DNA of 64,000 nucleotides from an uncultured Gemmatimonadota bacterium. GTDB lineage: Bacteria > Gemmatimonadota > CAZMKB01 > CAZNLH01. This document shows positions 56,719-64,000 of the stretch, one piece after another (position 1 is the first letter of the stretch; every line of letters begins with the position of its first letter). Under the pieces are notes generated by a model. The model had not been told where the DNA came from. It was given only the letters and a program-made list of their open reading frames with translations, and did not search any database. The stretch covers positions 13,130-77,129 of the forward strand of contig CAZOAR010000002.1 in the NCBI GenBank assembly GCA_964577985.1, read 5' to 3'. Made by a program: the position numbers and the translations under genes.

Positions 56719-58680
56719 TCAGAATGTCCAACCCATGCCTCTCAGGATCGTGTTCAACACACCGCCCGTCAGGATCGCAAACGGGAAAATGAAGGCCATC
56801 ATCGCCAGGGCCATGCCCAGTCCCCTCTCCTTGACGATTATAAAGAAATTGGCGATGCATGGAACGAAAAGAGTTATCGTGACCAGGCTCACGACTATCT
56901 GAACACCGTCGAGCTTGCCGTCACGCGCCAGCATGAAGAGCCCGGCGGCGCCATAATCTCTCCGCAGAAATCCCACGACAAAAGACTCGGTCGTTTCACC
57001 CGGCAGACCCAGAAAACCCTCGACAACGGGTCGTGCCGCGTGTTCAACGGCCGACAGGAGTCCGATCCTGCTGGAGAGGAAAAGAACCAGCGTGCCAAGG
57101 ACAAAGAGGGGAACCGCCTCCTTGAGATACCACTCTATCCGGGCGACACTCTTTGTCACTATGTTCTTCATCTGCGGAAGCCTCACCGGGGGTATCTCGA
57201 GTATGAAATCCGCCCGTTCTCCGGGAATCACAAGTGATGCCAGAAAACCCACGAGGAGCAACATGCACGAGATTACTCCCACCCAGAGCAGAGTCGCCCC
57301 GAACGACAGGCCCCCCAGCATTCCCAGAATGACCCCGAGCTGTGCGGAGCACGGAACGCCGAGGGCGAGAAGCAGTGTCGTAACGATCTTCTCTTTCCTG
57401 CTGCCCAGGATACGTGTCGTCAGTGTGGCCATGGTGTCACATCCGAGTCCAAGGATCATGGGCAGGACGGCTTTTCCGTTGAGACCTATCATTCTGAATA
57501 CCCTGTCCACCATGACGGCGAGCCTGGGCAGGTAGCCCGAATCTTCCAGTATACCGAAGGCGACAAAGAAAGTGCCTACAACAGGAAGTACGATCGCCAC
57601 TGAATAGGTAAGCGCCATAGTGAAGACACCATATTCCCCGACGAGGAGGTCCCGTACAAGCTGAAACGGGATGATGGCGTCGACCAACCTTGTGACAGCC
57701 GGATTTACATACTCACCAAAGACCACACCTTCCATGAAGTTCACCATATCACCGGCTCCCAGCACACCCACAAACTCATACAGAAGATAGAGTACGACAA
57801 GCAGGAACGGAATGCCCCACAGGGGATGCATGGCCAATTCCCCGATATCCTTCACGACGGATGACTTCCGGGCGGCTTTTTTCGAAAGCACCTTGTCCAG
57901 GATCCTGTCGATCGCCCACAACCGCTGCTGATTGATGATCGACCCGATGGGCTGCGCGTATTTAGCCCTCATCACCCTGCACACTTTCTCGATGCCATCG
58001 ATCGCATCGGTGTTTATCCTGTCTCTGAGATACGGTATTATCGTCGTGTCGCCGGAAAGCAACATCAGCGCCAGGGAACGCCGAGCTATCGCGCAGTGGG
58101 GCAGCAATTCCTCGAGTCCGGCTATTGCCTCCTCGACTTCCTCCGAATATACGACAGGTCTTCCTGTTTTCTTCTCTTTCGTGATACCCTTCAGGAGGGA
58201 GTCGATCCCCTCTCTTCGGGTCGCCACTGTAGAAACAACGTCTATACCAAGCAATTCCGAGAGCCTGTCCGTGTCAACCTTTATGCCTCGGTTACTGGCC
58301 TCGTCGCCCATATTCAGATCGAGGAGGAAGGGGAGTCCCATCTCGATCAACTGTATGGAGATGCTGAGAGCACGCCTGAGGTTTTTCGCATCCGCGACCT
58401 GTACGATGCTGTCCGCCGGGTGCTCAAGAAGGACATTCCGCGTCACCTCTTCATCCTCCGATGTGGGCACCAGACTGTTAATCCCGGGCGTGTCAAAGAC
58501 GGTATAGCTCTCTCCGCCGAGTACCACCTTCCCTACACTCATCTCAACGGTGGTCCCCGGATAATTGGACACGGTCACATATCGTCCGGTCATGACATTG
58601 AAGAGCACGCTCTTTCCCACGTTGGGGTTGCCCACCAGGATCAGCTTCTTCTCTATTCTTTCAGTGCGGGTTCTGGTCAT
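56719..58680 (-). CDS. feoB: Ferrous iron transporter B
   Basis: G-domain LILVGNPNVGKSVLFN…DTPG. Long polytopic C-terminal permease. Confidence 0.9.
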   Translation of the reverse strand: MTRTRTERIEKKLILVGNPNVGKSVLFNVMTGRYVTVSNYPGTTVEMSVGKVVLGGESYTVFDTPGINSLVPTSEDEEVTRNVLLEHPADSIVQVADAKNLRRALSISIQLIEMGLPFLLDLNMGDEASNRGIKVDTDRLSELLGIDVVSTVATRREGIDSLLKGITKEKKTGRPVVYSEEVEEAIAGLEELLPHCAIARRSLALMLLSGDTTIIPYLRDRINTDAIDGIEKVCRVMRAKYAQPIGSIINQQRLWAIDRILDKVLSKKAARKSSVVKDIGELAMHPLWGIPFLLVVLYLLYEFVGVLGAGDMVNFMEGVVFGEYVNPAVTRLVDAIIPFQLVRDLLVGEYGVFTMALTYSVAIVLPVVGTFFVAFGILEDSGYLPRLAVMVDRVFRMIGLNGKAVLPMILGLGCDTMATLTTRILGSRKEKIVTTLLLALGVPCSAQLGVILGMLGGLSFGATLLWVGVISCMLLLVGFLASLVIPGERADFILEIPPVRLPQMKNIVTKSVARIEWYLKEAVPLFVLGTLVLFLSSRIGLLSAVEHAARPVVEGFLGLPGETTESFVVGFLRRDYGAAGLFMLARDGKLDGVQIVVSLVTITLFVPCIANFFIIVKERGLGMALAMMAFIFPFAILTGGVLNTILRGMGWTF

Positions 58681-58711
58681 AGATCACCGGTCAACGCCGT
58701 ATCGCTCCTCA

Positions 58712-59179
58712 TCAGTCAATCTCCGTCGAACATTTCCTGCACAGCCCGTAGATCACCAGCTCATGATCCCGGGCGTCAAAGCTGAGCTTGTCAATTACGA
58801 CCTCCTGCAGCCGTTCTATATCAGGCACCTCGAACTCGATCACCTCGCCGCAATCCTCGCAAATCAAGTGATCGTGATGGCGTTTGTCAATGATCCTTTC
58901 GAATTTCCGGAACCCGACGCCGAAATCGTGCTCCCGGACCACCCCACTCGAGACCATCAGCGCGAGCGTCCTGTAAATGGTCGCCAGACCTATCCTGAGG
59001 TTCTTCTTCTTCAGGACGAGCGCGAGTTCCTCCACGGAGAAATGGCCATCCATCGACATGACCGTCGTCGCGATTTGCTCCCGCTGAAGCGTGAGAAACA
59101 GCTTCTCCTCTCTGAGGTACTCCCTGAATCTGCCTGTAGTATCCATGATCTGCTCTTCGAAATTGAGAATGATTATCAA
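58712..59179 (-). CDS. fur: Fur-family transcriptional regulator
   Basis: …LRRTLQREQIATTVMS… HTH. HHDHLICEDCGEVIEFE metal site plus C-terminal CRKC. The true start is likely the internal ATG at 59146. Confidence 0.85.
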   Translation of the reverse strand: MIIILNFEEQIMDTTGRFREYLREEKLFLTLQREQIATTVMSMDGHFSVEELALVLKKKNLRIGLATIYRTLALMVSSGVVREHDFGVGFRKFERIIDKRHHDHLICEDCGEVIEFEVPDIERLQEVVIDKLSFDARDHELVIYGLCRKCSTEID

Positions 59180-59183
59180 TATA
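59165..59183. promoter_or_regulatory. Fur box in the fur / oxidoreductase divergent promoter region
   Basis: GAGAATGATTATCAATATA matches GATAATGATAATCATTATC at 15 of 19 positions. Confidence 0.5.
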
Positions 59184-59275
59184 AGTTATCGGCGATACGG
59201 TCAGCTGTCAAGGACCATTTGACTCGACTGATGAGAATGGCTAATATAACACAAACGCAAGAGGAGGAACCAGAG

Positions 59276-60319
59276 ATGCGTGCAGTTACTATCCATGGTC
59301 ATGGCGGGCCCGAAGAACTTCGCCTGGAAGAAGTGGAAAAGCCGACACCCGGCAAAGGAGAGGTGGTGGTGAGACTTGCGGCCGCGGCACTTAATCATCT
59401 CGATATCTGGGTGTTGAAAGGTGTACCGGGCCTCACGCTTTCTTTCCCCCATATCATGGGTTCCGACGGCTCCGGGACGGTGGATCAACCTGGTGAGGCA
59501 GTCGACGGAATCAAAAAGGGAGACAGGGTCCTGATCAATCCCGGCATAAGCTGCGGGGAGTGTGAATTCTGCGGGAAAGGCGAGGAGAGCGAGTGCCGCT
59601 CCTTTCACCTGCTGGGAGAGCATATAGACGGGACATTCGCCGAGTATGTCGCGGTGCCGGAGAAAAACCTCCACGTCGTGCCTGAACATCTCTCTTTCGA
59701 GGAAGCCGCTGGTCTGCCCCTTGTATTTCTCACCGCGTGGCGGATGCTCGTATCAAGGGCGCATCTGGCTGCCGGTGAGGACCTGCTGGTGATAGGCGCA
59801 GGTGGCGGGGTAGCCGGAGCGGCCATCCAGCTCGGGCTGGAGCTGGGAGCCAGGGTGATCGCGACGTCAGGCGATCCGGAAAAGGTGGAGAAAGCGTCGA
59901 AGATGGGCGCACACCACGCGTTCAATCACGGGGAGAAGGATATAGTCAGGGAGGTCAGACAGTTTACGAAAGGGAGGGGCGTAGATGTCTGTGTGGACTC
60001 CGTTGGAGAAGCCACCTGGAGCAAGAGCATCGGCAGCCTTGTCAAGGGAGGAAGGCTGGTGAGCTGTGGGGCAACATCGGGTCCCCTGGGGGAGACCGAC
60101 ATCCGCAGGGTCTTCTGGAACCAGTTGACTATCCTCGGCTCGACGATGGGCAGCCGGTCTGACGTAAGAGAAATGCTTCGCTTCGTGGAGGAGAGAAGCA
60201 TGAAACCCGTCATCGACACCATATTTCCCCTGGAGAATGCCCTCGAGGCCCACGAGCGCATGATCCAGGGAGAACAGTTCGGCAAGCTGGTCCTCAGGAT
60301 AAGCGGGGACAGGTCATGA
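59276..60319 (+). CDS. Zinc-type alcohol dehydrogenase / quinone oxidoreductase (MDR superfamily)
   Basis: AGGAGGA RBS. MRAVTIHGHGGPEELRLEEVEKPTPGKGEVVVRL…, GxGxxG (VIGAGGGVAGAAIQL). Confidence 0.85.
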   Translation: MRAVTIHGHGGPEELRLEEVEKPTPGKGEVVVRLAAAALNHLDIWVLKGVPGLTLSFPHIMGSDGSGTVDQPGEAVDGIKKGDRVLINPGISCGECEFCGKGEESECRSFHLLGEHIDGTFAEYVAVPEKNLHVVPEHLSFEEAAGLPLVFLTAWRMLVSRAHLAAGEDLLVIGAGGGVAGAAIQLGLELGARVIATSGDPEKVEKASKMGAHHAFNHGEKDIVREVRQFTKGRGVDVCVDSVGEATWSKSIGSLVKGGRLVSCGATSGPLGETDIRRVFWNQLTILGSTMGSRSDVREMLRFVEERSMKPVIDTIFPLENALEAHERMIQGEQFGKLVLRISGDRS

Positions 60320-60942
60320 GGTCTGGATTGGCGAGACGCGCGTTCGCATTGTTCCTGATCTCTCTGCCGGTATTTGCCGGCACTCTCATGGCAGGGGAGG
60401 AAGACGCCGAAGGGCCGGGAAAGGAAATCGACACAAAAAAGCAGGAGACCTTCGATGTGGCCGTCATAGAGACCAGGTTCGGGAATATCGCATTCGAATT
60501 CTACCCCGGGGATGCACCAAACCACGTGAAGAACTTCAAGAAACTGGCAGGGGAGGGTTTCTACAACGGCACTACCTTCCACCGGGTCGTTCCCGCTTTC
60601 ATCATCCAGGGTGGAGACCCCCTTTCCAGAGACGATGACAGGAGCAACGACGGCACCGGCAGGCCTGATTATACTATAGATGCCGAGATCAATTCGCGGA
60701 AGCACTTCAAGGGAACGGTCTCGATGTCGAGATTGCAGGATGACAAGAACAGCGCCGGCAGCCAGTTTTTCATATGCCTGGCCAGGCAGCCCAGCCTTGA
60801 CGATGAATATACCATATTCGGAAAAGTGATAGAAGGAATGCAGGTTGTGAGCCGGATCGCCACGGTCGAGACAGACTCTCTCGACAATCCGATAGACCCG
60901 GTCCTGCTGGATAGTGTATATATCGAGACAAGAGAGAAATAG
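60316..60942 (+). CDS. Peptidyl-prolyl cis-trans isomerase, cyclophilin type, secreted
   Basis: Signal peptide. …GFYNGTTFHRVVPAFIIQGGDP…, …SMSRLQDDKNSAGSQFFICL…. Confidence 0.85.
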   Translation: MRSGLARRAFALFLISLPVFAGTLMAGEEDAEGPGKEIDTKKQETFDVAVIETRFGNIAFEFYPGDAPNHVKNFKKLAGEGFYNGTTFHRVVPAFIIQGGDPLSRDDDRSNDGTGRPDYTIDAEINSRKHFKGTVSMSRLQDDKNSAGSQFFICLARQPSLDDEYTIFGKVIEGMQVVSRIATVETDSLDNPIDPVLLDSVYIETREK

Positions 60943-60966
60943 CCGGCCGGACCCGCGCGATCCATG

Positions 60967-61506
60967 TCAGAGCAATTCCTCGATCTTCTCCTCCATAAAC
61001 GCACGCCCCCTGAAGCCTTCGAGCATTTCCCTTACTCTTCCCTCCCTATCAAAGATAAATGTCGTGGGAACTCCCCCTATTCCGCCGAAGAGGTGAGCCG
61101 TCTCCACGCTGCCGATCAGGAGAGGGATCTTGACCTTGTGCCTCTCGATAAAAGAATTGAGATACTTACCCTCCCCCTTGTCGAGAGAGATGGCTACGAC
61201 TTCCAGGCCCTCTTTCTTATGTTCCGACTCGAGCCTGTCGAGCCCCTTCAGTTCGGCTACACTCGCCTCCGCGGATGGCATCCAGAAGAGAATGACAACG
61301 ACTTTTCCCCACAACTCGGATGAGCTGTGGATTCCGGCGCGATGGTCCTTCAGGGAGAACCGCGGAAGATATGCCTCATCAGGCAACCCGTAGGGTTTTT
61401 TCCCTGGATAGAACAGAACGATGGCCGTGACAATCGCGATCAATACCAGCGCGGAGAAGATCAAGATCTTTCGCCGGCTCTTTTCGGACCTTTTCACACA
61501 CATCAC
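60967..61506 (-). CDS. TlpA/ResA-like thioredoxin-fold protein lacking the CxxC active site
   Basis: N-terminal TM anchor. Thioredoxin fold (…GKVVVILFWMPSAEASVAELKGL…VVAISLD…IPTTFIFDREGRV…) in which the canonical WCxPC is replaced by WMPSAEAS. Confidence 0.65.
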   Translation of the reverse strand: MMCVKRSEKSRRKILIFSALVLIAIVTAIVLFYPGKKPYGLPDEAYLPRFSLKDHRAGIHSSSELWGKVVVILFWMPSAEASVAELKGLDRLESEHKKEGLEVVAISLDKGEGKYLNSFIERHKVKIPLLIGSVETAHLFGGIGGVPTTFIFDREGRVREMLEGFRGRAFMEEKIEELL

Positions 61507-61596
61507 CCCTGTGACTGTTCGATCCCTGTTTCCGCCTCCTGATCACGAGGCGGATGTGGAATGAGGCTGATCCTCGGTACTATCATGGAATTGGCG

Positions 61597-62928
61597 TCAG
61601 TGAACGAGATCCTTCATCGCCTCGTAGTCGAAGCCCTCTCCCCTCTCACCCGTGTGACAGGTGATGCATACAAAGACATTGCCCGCCTGTAGAGGCGCGT
61701 TTCCTTTGTCGGCAATATGCCTTGACGCCGGACCATGGCACTGTTCGCACTGGACGTTATTGAAGTTGGGAGTCTCGTCTATTGTCACAAAACCGCCTTT
61801 CTGATAACCGGTCGTGTGACACTTCACGCATTCCGGGTTGTACTCCTCGCCTTCCTTCTTGAGCGTAAGAAAAGCACGGGCGTGGCTCGTAGCATTCCAC
61901 TTCTCGTATATCTCAGCATGACAGGAACGGCACCACGCGGCGCCCATGTAGCCCGCCTTAGAACCCTTCAATTGCCCCCTTCGAGCATCCACATCGCTTT
62001 TTACCATATCCTTGACTCTCGACTGGTAGTCGGAGTAGAGTTCCGCCATCTCTGTGTCATCAGCGACCTTCGCGTCGAGAGGCACGAGTTCTCCGGAGAA
62101 TTCTACGATTTCCTTCGCCTTACGGTCAAAGGTAAGATCTATCCTGCCAAGATACTTACCCTTATCACCGGACTGGGCCATTATGGCTCCACCAACCGAT
62201 ACCGGTGTCTTCACCCTTCGACCCTGATGCCCCACGACAACGACATCTATCCCCTCCTGGCTTTCCGCCAGCGCAACCGACTGCCGATATCCCAGATGGC
62301 TCATCACCACAACAAGGTCGACCTTCTTACGCAATCTCGGAATGGCCTCCGCGAGGGCCTCGAACGGATCCTGGACCGTCCATTCCTCCTGCCCGACCCT
62401 GAGTTGATCAAGGGTGACCCCCACTATGCCGATTTTGATTCCTCCCCGCTTGATTATGAGATCTTTCCTGCCAAACTGCTTCCCGTTGTACTTCATATTC
62501 GTGTCGACGATGGGGATATCGCTCTTCTTCATCGTCTCCATGACAAACTCATCACCAAGCGCCAGTTCTCTCTCACCAAGCACAAGCGCGTCGTAATGCA
62601 TCTTCTTCATCGCCTCGAGGGACACGCTGCTCTTGACCCTTCCCTGATCGGTTGGCTTGCCGGCAAAATCTCCCAGACCCAGTATCAAGATCTCTCTATC
62701 CTCGTCTTCCGCCTCTCGTATCTTCGTCGCCCGCCGGGCGACCCCTCCCATAGGGTGCTTCTTTCAGCCACACGGTTCGAGATACCCGTATTCATCGCCT
62801 GTGTAGAGGATCGTAAGATTAACCAGGTCGCCACCCCTGGATGATGCGGGCAGAAGAGGAATGGACAGGAAGAGCGGCACGATGGAGGTCAGCGCCGCCG
62901 CGATAAGACACTTGTTTCGAAAAGACAT
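61597..62928 (-). CDS. Candidate selenoprotein B: secreted metallophosphoesterase-like domain with in-frame TGA (Sec) at 62764..62766 (…YLEPCG-U-KKH…) fused to a C-terminal tetraheme cytochrome c
   Basis: ORF-track entries 62764..63009 and 61597..62751 share a frame (62763-62751=12) and are separated by TGA plus four sense codons (KKHP). Signal peptide from the internal Met (MSFRNKCLIAAALTSIVPLFLSIPLLPASS). Motifs ILYTGDEYG / GLGDFAG / GERELALG / VVGHQG. C-terminal CRSCH, CVKCH, CEQCH, CITCH. Confidence 0.6.
62726..62742 (-). promoter_or_regulatory. Putative SECIS-like hairpin about 25 nt downstream of the UGA of selenoprotein B
   Basis: mRNA GUCGCCCGGCGGGCGAC (7-bp stem, 3-nt loop). Core GCCCGGCGGGCGAC is identical to the paralog A site. 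Confidence 0.35.
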
Positions 62929-63126
62929 TTTACAAGACTCCAGGTTTGTAAGGACACACAGGCAACGATTAGAAGACGTCGAAAGCACGAGATTCACGCT
63001 GTCGCTCACGCCTGAACCGGGATGGGAAGACCACTCGTCTCAGACAAGCAATCCAATGCAGTAATGACCGAAAGCAGGAATCAGTAGTTTATTAGACACA
63101 GATCAAGCCGTAAGGTTCCTCTCTGT

Positions 63127-64000
63127 CTACCTGTTTCTGACGAGGTTCAGCAGACCTCCGGCCAGCAGGATTTCACGCTCGCGCTGGCTCAGTTCTGCCT
63201 TGACACGGATATCGCCGCCACCCTCGCGTCGAACAGTGAGATCGTTTCCTTCCATGATCGCGTCGCGAACACCTTCGATCACAAGCGTCTCACCGTCGGA
63301 GATGACGTCATAATCTCCATCACTGGTAAACTGAAGCGGGAGAATCCCGAAGTTGACAAGATTGGACTTGTGGATCCGGGCGAACGACCTGACGACCACG
63401 AACTTGATCCCGAGATACATCGGCGCCAGGGCGGCGTGTTCACGGCTGGAGCCCTGGCCGTAGTTCGCTCCACCTATGATCGCTCCACCTCCGGCTTCCT
63501 TTGCCCTCCGGGCAAATTCCGGGTCGACCCCGCTGAAGACAAACTCGGAGATCGCGGGTATGTTCGACCTGAGCGGGAGGATCTTCGCCCCGGCCGGCAT
63601 GATGTGATCCGTGGTTATGTTGTCCCCCACCTTCAACAGGACCCTGGCCTCCATCCTGTCATCGAGTTCCTCTCTCAACGGCAGCGGCTGAATGTTCGGG
63701 CCACGAAGCACTTCCACTCCTGAGGGGTCTTCAGGTGGACTGAGTATCATGCTGTCATCGATCTTCATCCGCTCAGGCATGGCGATATCGGGAGGCGAAC
63801 CAAGCTCCCTCGGATCGGCGATCTCACCCTTGATCGCGGACGCGACCGCTACTTCCGGGCTGACAAGATAAACCTGCGCGTCTGCCGTTCCCGAGCGCCC
63901 TTCAAAATTGCGGTTGAAAGTCCTTACGGTGACACCTCCCGATGGCGGTGCCTGTCCCATCCCTATGCACGGCCCGCACGCGGACTCAATTACTCTGGCG
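63127..64000 (-). CDS. Aconitase-family hydratase, C-terminal portion (gene continues beyond window end)
   Basis: …ESACGPCIGMGQAPPSGGVTVRTFNRNFEGRSG… (aconitase/LeuC CGPC…NRNFEGR motif) followed by a swivel domain …SSREHAALAPMYLGIKFVVVRSFARIHKSNLVNFGILPL…. The frame stays open upstream of the listed Met to position 64000. Confidence 0.7.
   Translation of the reverse strand, partial: ARVIESACGPCIGMGQAPPSGGVTVRTFNRNFEGRSGTADAQVYLVSPEVAVASAIKGEIADPRELGSPPDIAMPERMKIDDSMILSPPEDPSGVEVLRGPNIQPLPLREELDDRMEARVLLKVGDNITTDHIMPAGAKILPLRSNIPAISEFVFSGVDPEFARRAKEAGGGAIIGGANYGQGSSREHAALAPMYLGIKFVVVRSFARIHKSNLVNFGILPLQFTSDGDYDVISDGETLVIEGVRDAIMEGNDLTVRREGGGDIRVKAELSQREREILLAGGLLNLVRNR

Noticed and set aside
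56516-56860. Cys-rich 114-aa ORF (CQLCG…CSTCP…CCPRCGY) spanning the feoB / DtxR junction
   Set aside because: It overlaps the conserved C-terminus of feoB in another frame, and only 52 nt of intergenic space exists. It is most likely a spurious ORF, although a small FeoC-like Zn-ribbon cannot be fully excluded.
54844-63009. The in-frame TGA codons could reflect an alternative genetic code (code 4 or 25) rather than selenocysteine
   Set aside because: TGA clearly terminates many well-supported genes in this same contig (otsB at 29179-29181, the ABC exporter at 590-592, the DtxR-like gene at 55803-55805) at positions matching the expected protein C-termini. Global TGA recoding is therefore excluded.

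Overview
This 64 kb window is a high-GC bacterial chromosomal segment, densely coded and mostly on the minus strand. I found no rRNA, tRNA, CRISPR array or mobile-element genes.

Lineage guess: two secreted proteins carry type IX secretion (T9SS) C-terminal sorting domains, which weakly suggests an FCB-group or candidate-phylum organism.

Content, 5' to 3':
- A glycan-assembly cluster: a partial kinase-like gene, an MsbA-like ABC exporter and three glycosyltransferases.
- A TPR protein, a lipoprotein, a sigma-54 activator, an outer-membrane barrel and a secreted protein.
- A GT-C (PMT/ArnT-like)-TPR membrane protein followed by a radical-SAM enzyme that has a short leader ORF.
- A metzincin-like protease and a BNR-repeat protein, both T9SS cargo.
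- An archaeal-type HMG-CoA synthase / thiolase / DUF35 operon with a crotonase.
- A His-rich metal transporter preceded by a tandem-repeat array.
- A trehalose module: a TreT-like GT4 plus OtsB-OtsA.
- Housekeeping genes: CysK, IspE, GlnA, TsaD, a pentaheme cytochrome c and a cyclase.
- A complete type IV pilus cluster (PilB/C, two pilins, ExeA-like ATPase, PilM-N/O/P/Q) led by four response regulators, one fused to a degenerate GGDEF domain.
- An iron module: Fur, FeoB and a DtxR-like regulator, with a Fur box.

Most notable: two paralogous secreted proteins each carry an in-frame TGA at the same conserved position (…YLEPCG-TGA-KK…). TGA is otherwise a normal stop in this contig, so these are candidate selenoproteins with a C-G-U motif. 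Both have a degenerate calcineurin-like metallophosphoesterase domain. One is fused to a C-terminal tetraheme cytochrome c. Each is followed by a thioredoxin-fold gene. Both carry a nucleotide-identical hairpin about 25 nt downstream of the UGA, which could be a SECIS element. One paralog is translationally coupled to the DtxR/FeoB/Fur operon.

All calls come from reading the translations and sequence by eye; no searches were run. Non-ORF-derived coordinates (promoters, repeats, hairpins) are approximate to about ±1-2 nt.
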